From Thermovirgaceae bacterium (GTDB taxonomy: Bacteria; Synergistota; Synergistia; Synergistales; Thermovirgaceae), in assembly GCA_040767805.1 (NCBI GenBank), contig JAXGNU010000001.1, positions 192,001 to 256,000 on the forward strand: a DNA stretch of 64,000 nucleotides. The letters are read 5' to 3'. A model generated the notes under the pieces. The model was not told the DNA's origin. It was given only the letters and a program-made list of their open reading frames with translations, and made no database searches. Positions 49,803 through 59,044 of this stretch are shown here, piece by piece. Position 1 is the stretch's first letter. The number at the start of each line of letters is the position of its first letter. The translations under genes were made by a program, and so were the position numbers.

Positions 49803-50387
49803 ATGGAAGGCAACGCGCAGGTCTACATCGAACTTGAGGGCATTACGCCCAAGATATGGAGAAGGTTCGTCGTCCCCTCCTCCATCACCCTCGACCGGTT
49901 GAGCGATGTGATCCAGATCGTCATGGGCTGGTCGGGAGAGCACATGCACCTTTTCTCGATAAAGGGAAGGCAATACATGGACTTGCCCGAAGATGAACCG
50001 GAGGCTCACGAGGAAGGTCTCTTCAGGCTTGGGTCGTTGGTCTCCCCGAAGGACGGCGCCTTCACCTACACCTACGACCTGGGGGACAACTGGACCCACC
50101 TGGTGAAAGTGGAAAAGATGGGCCTGGAAGACGATGAGGAATGGGGGAACCTTTTCTGCGTCGACGGGGAGGGGACATGCCCCCCGGATGACCTGGGCGG
50201 AGTTCCCGGTTTCCTGGAATTCCGCCGGGCCATGGCCGACAGGGAGGACTCCCAGCATGAAGTCTTCCGTGACTGGTACGGGGAGGAGTTCGACCCCGAC
50301 GCCTTCGACCAGCTAGAGGTCAACATTACACTGCTCTTCTTTATCCGTTGGTCCAGGGAACGCTTGTTGCCCTGGGAGGAGGACTGA
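49803..50387 (+). CDS. Plasmid pRiA4b ORF-3 family protein
   Basis: IWRRFVVP, MGW..HMHLF, YTYDLGDNW, CPPDDLGG. Confidence 0.88.
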   Translation: MEGNAQVYIELEGITPKIWRRFVVPSSITLDRLSDVIQIVMGWSGEHMHLFSIKGRQYMDLPEDEPEAHEEGLFRLGSLVSPKDGAFTYTYDLGDNWTHLVKVEKMGLEDDEEWGNLFCVDGEGTCPPDDLGGVPGFLEFRRAMADREDSQHEVFRDWYGEEFDPDAFDQLEVNITLLFFIRWSRERLLPWEED

Positions 50388-50391
50388 CCCC

Positions 50392-50967
50392 CTAGGAGAA
50401 TTCGAGGTCCCATCGCTCCTCGGTGATATCCCTTCCCCATAAGAAGTGGGTCTTCGTCTCGGTAAGCCTGAAACCGAAGACCTGGTAAAGATGCCTTGCC
50501 GCATGCAGTTCACTGACCGTCCAAAGGAAAACCCTTTCATGACCGCGATCCCGGGAGTATTCAAGGGCCGTATCCATGAGGGCCCTGCCCAGGCCAAGAC
50601 CCCTGAAGGCCGGCTCCAGGAGGAACCACCTCAACTGTCCTACGGCGGCCGAGGTCTCGACGACAGCGATGGAACCGACCACGTTGCCCCCGCAATCGGC
50701 GACCCACACTTCTCCCTTCCCGCCCAGGTCGTGGAGGAACTGGGCCATCCCCGCCAGGAGATAGTATTCGAAGGTTTCGTCGAAACCGTACTCTTCCTTG
50801 TAGAGGACACAGTGCCTCCAGGATACCAGGCCCAGCTCACCCGACCTGTAGGGCCGCAGGAAGACCCTCCCCGCGTCGCCCTTTCCCCGGATGCCGTCGA
50901 GGCATTCGATTATCTGCCTTCGCCTCTCGGTTGAAAGGCTTTCCAGTAATATTTCCCGAACATTCAT
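50392..50967 (-). CDS. GNAT N-acetyltransferase
   Basis: HCVLY.EEYG, QLRWFLLEP.FRGLGLG, AARHLY..FGF. Confidence 0.85.
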   Translation of the reverse strand: MNVREILLESLSTERRRQIIECLDGIRGKGDAGRVFLRPYRSGELGLVSWRHCVLYKEEYGFDETFEYYLLAGMAQFLHDLGGKGEVWVADCGGNVVGSIAVVETSAAVGQLRWFLLEPAFRGLGLGRALMDTALEYSRDRGHERVFLWTVSELHAARHLYQVFGFRLTETKTHFLWGRDITEERWDLEFS

Positions 50968-51157
50968 CGGTCCGCCCCCCTTCGGATCCTTCGCCCACCC
51001 TTCAGACCTTTTTTCGGCTCAAGGTTATACCAGGACCTCTTTCCTTTCCACCCCGGGGGACTTTCTGATTTACGCCGCCTTACCTTCCGTGTTATCCTGA
51101 CCCTGTGACGGCGCGACCTCCAGGATCCACAATCTGCCGAAGGACAGGGGTATCTTT

Positions 51158-51808
51158 ATGAAGAGTTTTTACAAGCGTTTTGCCAGTCTCATCTTCGGCT
51201 TGTTCCTCTACGCGCTCGGGATAGCAATAACAATGAAGGCCAACCTGGGCTACGCCCCATGGGACGTTTTCCATCAAGGCATCTCGAACATGACGGGGAT
51301 AACCATAGGCAGCGCCAGCATCCTCATTGGGCTCATCATTTGTGTGATGGTGGCGCTGGCGGGTGAAAAACTCGGGTTGGGGACGATACTCAACATGATC
51401 CTCATCGGCTTTTTCCTCGACCTGATCCTCGTCCTGGGTAAAATCCCCTTGATGAAGAGTTTCCTTCCCGGGGTGGCCATGATGATCTCCGGGCTTTTCG
51501 TCATCTCCATCGCCACCTACTTTTACCTGGGTTCCGGTTTCGGGGCGGGTCCACGGGACGGCCTCATGGTGGTCCTGGAAAGGAAAACCGGGTTGCCCGT
51601 CGGGCTTTGCAGGGCTATCCTGGAGTCCATGGTGGTGTTTTTGGGTTGGTTGATGGGTGGTCCCGTGGGCCTGGGGACGGCCTTCGCGGCTTTCGGGATA
51701 GGTTTCTGCATCCAGATCACCTTCACCCTTTTCAGGTTCCGTGCTACCGAGGTCAGGCACGAAACGATCAGGGAAACGCTGCGGGATTACAGGCTCGGCC
51801 ATCGATAA
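51158..51808 (+). CDS. YczE/YitT-family membrane protein
   Basis: ANLGYAPWDVF, GAGPRDGLM, GGPVGLGT. Confidence 0.85.
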   Translation: MKSFYKRFASLIFGLFLYALGIAITMKANLGYAPWDVFHQGISNMTGITIGSASILIGLIICVMVALAGEKLGLGTILNMILIGFFLDLILVLGKIPLMKSFLPGVAMMISGLFVISIATYFYLGSGFGAGPRDGLMVVLERKTGLPVGLCRAILESMVVFLGWLMGGPVGLGTAFAAFGIGFCIQITFTLFRFRATEVRHETIRETLRDYRLGHR

Positions 51809-51902
51809 CGGGAAAACCACGCCCCGTTCAGGGGTGGGAGGTTCACCCCCCAGGAGGGGATTCACCCGGGGGGTTGGAACTTGGAGTTGGGGCGATAAGA
51901 GC

Positions 51903-52652
51903 ATGCCGATCAGGCTTGTTTTTCATGGCGATTTGACCGGCCTCCTGAATAATCGGGGTCTTTTACCCGAAGCGACGCGGGATCTTTCCCGGGCGGCCCC
52001 TGTCAAGGACCTCATCGAATCGCAGGGGGTACCCCATACCGAGGTGGGCCGCATCAGATCGAAGGGCCTGGAAAGGCCCTTCGCGCATGTCCCGGCTTGG
52101 GGGGAGACCGTGGAAGTACACCCCCACAGGCCTCCCGTTGACGTGTCCCTCCCCTCGGTCCTGTTCCCGGAACCTTTCAAAACGGTCGGCTTCGTGGCCG
52201 ACGCGAATGTGGCCCGCCTAGGCGGACTTCTCAGGCTGGCGGGGTTCGACTGTCTCCTGGACCCCCGTTGGGATGATGCCCGGATCGCTGAAATCGCCGG
52301 CGCTAACAAAAGGATCCTTCTCACCAGGGACAAGGAACTGCTTAAGCGCAACAGGGTTATTCGGGGCCGCCTGGTCCGCTCGGAGCGACCCTGGGACCAA
52401 CTGGCCGAAGTGATCTATTTCTTTGGGATCAGCGACCGGATCGACCTCTTCAGCCGCTGCCCCAAGTGTAACGTCCCCCTGGAAAGGACCGAAAAGAGCG
52501 CCGTCATCGACCAGCTGGAGCCCCTGACCCGGATGATGTACGACCGTTTCACCCGGTGTCCCGGCTGTGGACAGGTCTACTGGTCGGGCTCCCACCACGG
52601 CCGCATTCGCGAAAAACTGGCGGCGGCGCTGGAGCAGGCTTCAAAAGACTGA
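51903..52652 (+). CDS. Ubiquitin-like plus Mut7-C RNase (PIN fold) protein
   Basis: VKDLIES.GVPHTEVG, FVADANVARL..LRLAGFD, LTRD, RCPKCN...CPGCGQVYW.GSH. Confidence 0.88.
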   Translation: MPIRLVFHGDLTGLLNNRGLLPEATRDLSRAAPVKDLIESQGVPHTEVGRIRSKGLERPFAHVPAWGETVEVHPHRPPVDVSLPSVLFPEPFKTVGFVADANVARLGGLLRLAGFDCLLDPRWDDARIAEIAGANKRILLTRDKELLKRNRVIRGRLVRSERPWDQLAEVIYFFGISDRIDLFSRCPKCNVPLERTEKSAVIDQLEPLTRMMYDRFTRCPGCGQVYWSGSHHGRIREKLAAALEQASKD

Positions 52653-52677
52653 CCCCCGCTGGAGGCGCGGTGAGACC

Positions 52678-54042
52678 TTACTCCAGCTCCTTCAACACGC
52701 CCTCCAGGATGTCGGCTGCCTTCATCAGGTGCCCTTCGGAGATCACCAGCGGCGGCAGGAGCCTGGCGACGTTGTTGTGGTGACCGCCTACTTCTATCAT
52801 CACTCCCCGCTGGTGGGCCAGTTTTCTCAACTGCTTCGTCAGGTCCGCGGCCGGCTTCCTGGTCCTCTTGTCCTCGACGATCTCGAGGGCGATCATGAGG
52901 CCGATCCCCCTGGCCTCACCCAGGATCCTGGATCTTTTCTCCATTTCCCTGAAGCGGGCCATCGCCTTTTCTCCCAATTGGGCGGCATACTCGGGGACCC
53001 TATTCTCGATCATCCATTCAAGCCCCGCGGCCCCGGCGGCGAAGGCTACCATGTTGCCCCTGAAGGTGCCGATGCTCTTCCCCGGGGGCATGGTGTTCAG
53101 CACTTCCCTGAAGGCGATGGCCGAAATGGGGAACCCCGCACCGCCCAGGGCCTTGCTCATGGTGACTATGTCGGGGACAATGCCGGAATGCTCAAAGGCG
53201 AACATTTTGCCCGTCCTGCCGAGGCCGCACTGTATCTCGTCACAGATGAGAAGAATACCCCTGGCTTCGGTGATCTCCCTGACCCTCTGGAGGAACAGCG
53301 GTCCGGGGATTATCGTCCCTCCCTCGCCCTGGACGGCCTCGAGGAGCACCGCCGCGGGTTTTGAAAAGCCGGAGTGGCTGTCATCGAGCACCCTCTCGAG
53401 GTTGTCGGCGGCGAACTCGTCGATCCTCTCTTCGGGACAGCCGAAGGGGTTCCTGTACCTGTAGGGGAAGGGGAGGAACTGGAAACCCGGGGCCAGGGAA
53501 CCGATGCCGTCCCTGTGACCGCTGTCGCTGGTGGCGGCCAGGGAAAGGCCCGTCATACCATGGTAGGCGCCTTCGAAGACGATTATACCGTCCCTGCGGG
53601 TGTTGAACCTGGCCAGTTTTATCGCCTGCTCCACGGCGTCGGAACCGGTGGGCCCCCCGAAGAATACCCTGGAGAGCTCCGCAGGCAGGATTCGCCCCAG
53701 GACCCTGACCAATCTCATGCGGGCCTCGCTGGTTATATCAAGCGTGTGGGTGACCTTATCGAGTTGCCCGCGGGCGGCCTCCAGGACAAAGGGGTGGGCG
53801 TGGCCCAGCGCCATGACCCCCGCCCCCGAGAAGCAGTCGATATAGACATTGCCGTCCACGTCCTCGAGGGTGGCGCCTTTTCCCCGGGCCAGGGCCATGG
53901 GCATTCCCCGGGGATAGGAGACGGCGGAGCCCTCGAGCTCTTCCTGCATCCTCAGGATCTCGAGAGATCTTGGCCCCGGGGGAGTCACCAACATCCGCGG
54001 CGCGTCCTTGACGGAAAGATCCTCGAAGTTATCCCAGTCCAT
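52678..54042 (-). CDS. Class III PLP aminotransferase (DABA/GABA-type)
   Basis: GPTGSDAVE, YHG, EAVQGEGG, DEIQCGLGRTG, MSKALG, GTFRGN. Confidence 0.88.
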   Translation of the reverse strand: MDWDNFEDLSVKDAPRMLVTPPGPRSLEILRMQEELEGSAVSYPRGMPMALARGKGATLEDVDGNVYIDCFSGAGVMALGHAHPFVLEAARGQLDKVTHTLDITSEARMRLVRVLGRILPAELSRVFFGGPTGSDAVEQAIKLARFNTRRDGIIVFEGAYHGMTGLSLAATSDSGHRDGIGSLAPGFQFLPFPYRYRNPFGCPEERIDEFAADNLERVLDDSHSGFSKPAAVLLEAVQGEGGTIIPGPLFLQRVREITEARGILLICDEIQCGLGRTGKMFAFEHSGIVPDIVTMSKALGGAGFPISAIAFREVLNTMPPGKSIGTFRGNMVAFAAGAAGLEWMIENRVPEYAAQLGEKAMARFREMEKRSRILGEARGIGLMIALEIVEDKRTRKPAADLTKQLRKLAHQRGVMIEVGGHHNNVARLLPPLVISEGHLMKAADILEGVLKELE

Positions 54043-54234
54043 TATCGATCCTCCCCATTATCTTTTCCCTCCCGGTTCGTAAGGCACACGTACTGACCCA
54101 GCCTGGACCTCGGCAACCATGGCAGGCACTCTTGGTAGTCGCCGATCTTCCCCGCTATTCGATCGGCGCGAGTCAATGTCGGTCCGTCTCCAGTTCCCGA
54201 GGTGAAAGGGGGCGAAACCAAAGGGCCGACGGTG

Positions 54235-54267
54235 AAAAAAGGCCGGGGGGAACCTCACCCCGGCCTT
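54235..54267 (-). terminator. Intrinsic terminator after the ABC operon 2 binding protein
   Basis: AAGGCCGGGG/CCCCGGCCTT stem plus U tract. Confidence 0.75.
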
Positions 54268-54318
54268 GCAACCCCCTTTCCCGACGACCCTTGGGTCATT
54301 GGGTACGGGTTTTCGCGG

Positions 54319-55473
54319 TCATTTCCTTGGGTCGATGACATCGGGGTCGTCCACTATGCCGTAACGGCGGAAAACCCCGTCCTTGACTATCTGGGCCTGG
54401 ACCGGCTTGATGACCTCTCCGATCTCGGTGAAGCCCTTGATGACGCCCGTTACACCGTCGAAGTCCTTCAAGGCGGCGATGGCATCCCTGACCTTGTGCG
54501 GATCGGTTGTCCCGGCCCGCCTGATGCTGTCGACGATGATGAGGAACGCGTCGAAGTTGGAGGCACCCGTCATGTCAGGCTCCATGCCGTAACGTTCGCG
54601 ATACTCCTTGATGTAGGCCTGGGCCACGGGCCTCTCGTCATCGCGGTCGAGGTTGGTCACGATTATCGTCCCGTTGGCCGCCTCCACGCCTGCCAGTTCG
54701 ATAAACTTGGGTGAATCGTAACCTTCTTCGCCGATGATCTGGGTCCTGAGCTTGATCTCGTGGGCCTGCTTCACTATTCCCGCCGCTTCGGCGTAATAAC
54801 CGCTGGCGAGGATCACATCAGGGTCCGCCTCCTTGACGGCCGTCAGGTAGGGCATGAGGTCCTTCTCGCCCAGTGGGTAAACCTGGCTGTAGACCACCTT
54901 GGCCCCCTTGGAGACCACGTAGGACTTGAACCCCTCGGCCATCTGCCTGCCGAAATCGTTGTCCATGGTGAGCATACCCACGGTCTTCGCCTTCAGCATG
55001 TCGATGGCCACCACACCCGCGCCCCGGCCCTCAACGGTCCCGAGGAAACCGTTCCTGAAGCAGAAATCACCGGCCGCGGTAATATCGGGGTGGACGGCGT
55101 AACCGGCTACCAGGGGGATTTCAAACTCCTGGAAGAGGGGCGCGACCGCACGGGTGGGCATGCTGTAGGAACCGCCCACCACCGCGACGACCTTGTCCAT
55201 CTGGACAAGTTTCCTAGCAAGACCGATCGCTTCCTTGGCCTCGCCGGCATCATCCTCGTAGAACAGCTCGATCTGCTTGCCGAGGACTCCTCCCTTGGCG
55301 TTGACCTGGTCTACCGCGAGCTGAACGGACTGCAGAACGGCCAGGCCATCAGCGGCGGCGTACCCTGTCAGTGGGGCAAGCAGGCCTATCCTGATCGTAT
55401 CGGCGGCGGAAGCAGCGCCGACCGCTCCAAAGACCAGGACCAGCGCGAGGATCAGCATCACCGTTCTTTTCAT
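54319..55473 (-). CDS. LIV-type ABC substrate-binding protein
   Basis: Signal peptide, IRIGLLAPLTG, NAKGGVLG, GVTG. Confidence 0.9.
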   Translation of the reverse strand: MKRTVMLILALVLVFGAVGAASAADTIRIGLLAPLTGYAAADGLAVLQSVQLAVDQVNAKGGVLGKQIELFYEDDAGEAKEAIGLARKLVQMDKVVAVVGGSYSMPTRAVAPLFQEFEIPLVAGYAVHPDITAAGDFCFRNGFLGTVEGRGAGVVAIDMLKAKTVGMLTMDNDFGRQMAEGFKSYVVSKGAKVVYSQVYPLGEKDLMPYLTAVKEADPDVILASGYYAEAAGIVKQAHEIKLRTQIIGEEGYDSPKFIELAGVEAANGTIIVTNLDRDDERPVAQAYIKEYRERYGMEPDMTGASNFDAFLIIVDSIRRAGTTDPHKVRDAIAALKDFDGVTGVIKGFTEIGEVIKPVQAQIVKDGVFRRYGIVDDPDVIDPRK

Positions 55474-55533
55474 GAAAAACCCTCCTTTTCGGTCCTATAT
55501 GTACAGGCTCCTACTAGACCCGCCATTCCTGGC

Positions 55534-56289
55534 TTAAATACTGCCCCCAGCGGCATCACCTCCCAAGTAAGCTTCCCGGACCTTTGGGTTTTGGCGTAAA
55601 TCCGAAGCCTTGCCCTCCAGGGCTATCCGCCCTGTTTCGAGGATATAACCCCTATGGGCTATCGCCAGGGCCTTGACCGCGTTCTGCTCCACCAGCAGGA
55701 TGGTCAGCCCCTTCTCATCGTTCAGCCTTTTCAGGACCGAGAAGACCAGGTCCACCAACTTGGGCATCAGCCCCATGGATATTTCGTCTACCAGGAGGAT
55801 CCTTGGGCTTGACACCAGCGCCCGGGCTATGGCCAGCTGCTGCTGCTCACCCCCGGAAAGGGTCTGCCCCGCTTGCCGTCTCCTCTCCTTCAGCACGGGG
55901 AAGAGCTCGTAGACCTCACCGAAAGCCCGTTCCGCATCGAGACTGCCCGAGAGGCCGTAGACCCCCATCCTCAGGTTCTGTTCCACCGTCAGGTTGGGGA
56001 AGACCCTGGCCCTTTCCGGCACGATCCGGATCCCCAAGGCCGCTCTTTCATGGGCGGGGAGTTGTAGGATATCCCGCCTCCCGTTACCACCTTCTTTAGA
56101 GGGTTCAACGTAAAGCGCCCTGCCTGACCTGGCCTTTACAAGGCCCATCAGGGTATTCAAAAGGGTCGTCTTGCCGGCGCCGTTGGCACCGATTATCGAT
56201 ACCATTTCCCCGGCTTCCAGGGAGAAGGAGACATCTTGCAGGGCCAGGATGTCCCCGTAGGCAACGGTCAGGTTCTCGACTTCAAGCAT
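55534..56289 (-). CDS. LivF-like ABC ATPase
   Basis: GANGAGKTT, LSGGEQQQ. Confidence 0.9.
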   Translation of the reverse strand: MLEVENLTVAYGDILALQDVSFSLEAGEMVSIIGANGAGKTTLLNTLMGLVKARSGRALYVEPSKEGGNGRRDILQLPAHERAALGIRIVPERARVFPNLTVEQNLRMGVYGLSGSLDAERAFGEVYELFPVLKERRRQAGQTLSGGEQQQLAIARALVSSPRILLVDEISMGLMPKLVDLVFSVLKRLNDEKGLTILLVEQNAVKALAIAHRGYILETGRIALEGKASDLRQNPKVREAYLGGDAAGGSI

Positions 56290-56293
56290 GGCC

Positions 56294-57058
56294 TTATTCC
56301 CCCTTCCCGAGGTAGGCCTCGATAACCTTCTCATTGGACCTTACCTCGTCGGGAGTGCCTTCCGCCAATTTACCCCCGTGGTCGAGCACCACGAGCCTCT
56401 CGCACAGCGACATGGCCACCCTCATGTTATGCTCGATCAGGAGGATCGTGAATCCCCTTTCCTGGATTTTCCTGACCAACCCCATCATCCGCCCGACCTC
56501 TTCCTGGCTCAGGCCCGAGAAGGATTCGTCAAGGAGCAGCAGTTTAGGCCCCAGCGCCAAGGCCCTCGCCAATTCAAGGCGCCTCAGGTTCCCCAGGGAA
56601 AGGATGGAGGCCGGGCTGTCAGCGAAGTCTTCGAGGCCGACTTCATGAAGGAATGCCATGGCCTGCTCGTGGTTCTTGCTGCTGTTGAAAAGGAGGCTGC
56701 TTTTGATGAAAGACCCGTATCTCGGCATGCCGAGTCCGACCATGACGTTGTTCAGTACCGTCATCCCGCCGAAGGGCCTCACGATCTGGAAGGTGCGCCC
56801 CACTCCCCTGGCGGCGATGGAATGGGCCGGCAGACCGTCGATGCGACTGCCGTCGAGGAAGACCTGTCCCGACGTGGGGCGGTACACCCCGGAGATGACG
56901 TTAAAGCAGGTGGTCTTCCCCGCGCCGTTGGGCCCGATCAGGCCCAGGATCTCTCCCCGACGTACGTGAAAGGAGACGTTGTCAACCGCTTTAAGCCCCC
57001 CGAAATGGCGGCTCATCTTCTCCACGCGGAGGATCAGGTCCTCACCGGGCATGCTCAT
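56294..57058 (-). CDS. LivG-like ABC ATPase
   Basis: GPNGAGKTT, RTFQ, IEH, AYLG. Confidence 0.9.
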   Translation of the reverse strand: MSMPGEDLILRVEKMSRHFGGLKAVDNVSFHVRRGEILGLIGPNGAGKTTCFNVISGVYRPTSGQVFLDGSRIDGLPAHSIAARGVGRTFQIVRPFGGMTVLNNVMVGLGMPRYGSFIKSSLLFNSSKNHEQAMAFLHEVGLEDFADSPASILSLGNLRRLELARALALGPKLLLLDESFSGLSQEEVGRMMGLVRKIQERGFTILLIEHNMRVAMSLCERLVVLDHGGKLAEGTPDEVRSNEKVIEAYLGKGE

Positions 57059-57927
57059 TGCCTCCTCCGGGAGACGAGTCGGCTTAATACGCTGCCTTCA
57101 CCTAGAATCCCCTGGGGCTGGAACCGGATGACCAGCAAAAGAGCGGCGCCGTAGAGGAACATCCGGTACTGGACCAGGGGCCTGAAGAGCTCGGGCAGGG
57201 AGCCAAGAACGATCGCCCCCAGTATGGGCCCCCAGATGCTCCCCATGCCTCCGAGCACGGCCATGGAGAGCAGCATGATGGATACGGGAAAACCGAAGTC
57301 GTCGGGGCTTATGAAATTGACGAAATGAGCGTAAAGCACACCCCCAAGACCGGCCATGGCGCTCCCGATCGTAAAGGCGAGGATCTTGAAGCGAACGTGG
57401 GAGATGCCCATGGCCCCGGCGGCGGTCTCCTCCTCCCTTATGGCTTCCGTGGCGAGACCGGTCCAGGTCCTGACGAAAAGGAAGGTGAACCAGGTCACCA
57501 GGGCCAGCAGGACCGCTACGAGGGCCAGGTAGTACTGCCCCCTGAGCTTCGTGGCGAACAGGATCGGGGTCGGGATACCCCCTATTCCCAGCGCCCCGCC
57601 GAAAAAGGGAACATAAAGGAAGATGCTCCTGACGATGAAGTTGATGCCAATGGTGGTGATCGCGAGGAAATCATCCCTGACCCGCAGGCTGGGTATACCC
57701 AGCAACGCACCGATCATGCCGGTGATCAGCGTGGCCAGGGGGAGGCTCCACCAGAAAGACAAGCCCGCCTTCGTGCAAAGCAGGGCCGTGGAATAGGCCC
57801 CGATGCCGAAAAAGGCGGCGTGTCCCAGGGAAATCTGCCCGGCGAAACCGACGATGATGTTAAGGCCGGAAGCGACAAGGGCGTAAATTCCTATCATTAT
57901 GGCCACGGTCGAGAAGTAACCACCCAT
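57055..57927 (-). CDS. LivM-like ABC permease
   Basis: GFAGQISLGHAAF, LGGMGS. Confidence 0.9.
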   Translation of the reverse strand: MGGYFSTVAIMIGIYALVASGLNIIVGFAGQISLGHAAFFGIGAYSTALLCTKAGLSFWWSLPLATLITGMIGALLGIPSLRVRDDFLAITTIGINFIVRSIFLYVPFFGGALGIGGIPTPILFATKLRGQYYLALVAVLLALVTWFTFLFVRTWTGLATEAIREEETAAGAMGISHVRFKILAFTIGSAMAGLGGVLYAHFVNFISPDDFGFPVSIMLLSMAVLGGMGSIWGPILGAIVLGSLPELFRPLVQYRMFLYGAALLLVIRFQPQGILGEGSVLSRLVSRRRQ

Positions 57928-57939
57928 CGCTCCAGCCCC

Positions 57940-58809
57940 CTATCTCGTCTTCTTGCCCAGGAGTCCCTGGGGCCGGATCATGAACACGATTATCATGGCG
58001 ATGAAGGCCAGCGCGTCCCTGGGAAGCGGGATGGCTGCGTAACCGATCAGCAGGGCTTCGGCCAGGCCGAGCAGCAAGGCCGCCAGGACAGCCCCCGGTA
58101 TGCTCCCCAGGCCGCCGACCACGATGATGGCGAGGGTCTTGTAGGCCGGCACGGCACCCATGGTCGGGTAGACCTGGTTGTAATAGATCCCCACCAGGAC
58201 CCCCGCGACAGCGGCCACCGCGGAGCCCAGGGCGAAGGTTATGGAGATGATCCTCTTCGTATCGACACCCATGGCGCTCGCCATCGCCATATCCTGAGAG
58301 GTGGCCTGCATGGCCAGGCCTACCTCGGTTCTGTCCGAGATGAACCACTGGACCAGGAGGATAACCAAGGAAGTGAGGAGCACAAGGATCTGCATGCCTC
58401 CCAGGCTTACGGGCCCCAGGGTCAGGGAGTCCAGGGCCAGCCTCCTGGGGAACCCCAAGATGTAGGGCCCGGCGACTATCCTGCAGAGTTCCTCGATGGA
58501 GAGGAAGATGGCGATGCTGGCGATGAGGGGCACGTAGGGCGGGAACTTGAGGAGTGGGTAGTAGACCAGCTTCTCGATGGCCACCCCCACCAGGGCGCAG
58601 GCCGCCATGGCGACGGCGATGGCCACTAAGTAGCTATCGGTGGCCTGAAAGGTGTAAAGCCCCACGTAGGCACCGATGGTATAGACGCCCGCGTGCGCTA
58701 CGTGAAGGATCCTGAGGATGCCGTAGACCATCGCCAGCCCAAGAGCCATGAGGGCGTAGATCGAGCCGACGGCGAGTCCGTTGATAAGATGTTCGGTGAA
58801 TAGCTGCAT
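57940..58809 (-). CDS. LivH-like ABC permease
   Basis: GSIYALMALGL.MVYG, GGLGSIPG, RPQGLLG. Confidence 0.9.
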   Translation of the reverse strand: MQLFTEHLINGLAVGSIYALMALGLAMVYGILRILHVAHAGVYTIGAYVGLYTFQATDSYLVAIAVAMAACALVGVAIEKLVYYPLLKFPPYVPLIASIAIFLSIEELCRIVAGPYILGFPRRLALDSLTLGPVSLGGMQILVLLTSLVILLVQWFISDRTEVGLAMQATSQDMAMASAMGVDTKRIISITFALGSAVAAVAGVLVGIYYNQVYPTMGAVPAYKTLAIIVVGGLGSIPGAVLAALLLGLAEALLIGYAAIPLPRDALAFIAMIIVFMIRPQGLLGKKTR

Positions 58810-58974
58810 ATTCCACCCCACTAGTCGAGATCGTAACCCAAAAGAAAAGCCCCGAAGTCCGATGCCGGAGGACGATAAAAGGATTACTTCTCTTCAGGGT
58901 TGCATCTCCAGAAGGACCGAGAAGCACCAGCGACTTCGGAGAGTGGACCTATCGATCGAACATCTTGCCTTTTT

Positions 58975-59002
58975 ACGATATCATTGACCTGCCAAGAGTC
59001 AA
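58975..59002 (-). promoter_or_regulatory. Candidate promoter for ABC operon 2
   Basis: TTGACT-16 nt-TATCGT with TGn extension; implies a leader of about 160 nt. Confidence 0.5.
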
Positions 59003-59044
59003 GTGTCATTTCGAATTTCAAAAGACCCCGTGGAGGGTGAGGCC

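Noticed and set aside
58885..58925. ykkC (guanidine/ppGpp) riboswitch-like words AGGGTT and GACCGAG
   Set aside because: They lie on the plus strand, lack the GGUUCCG core and lack the downstream P3 (AAAAG-containing) element.
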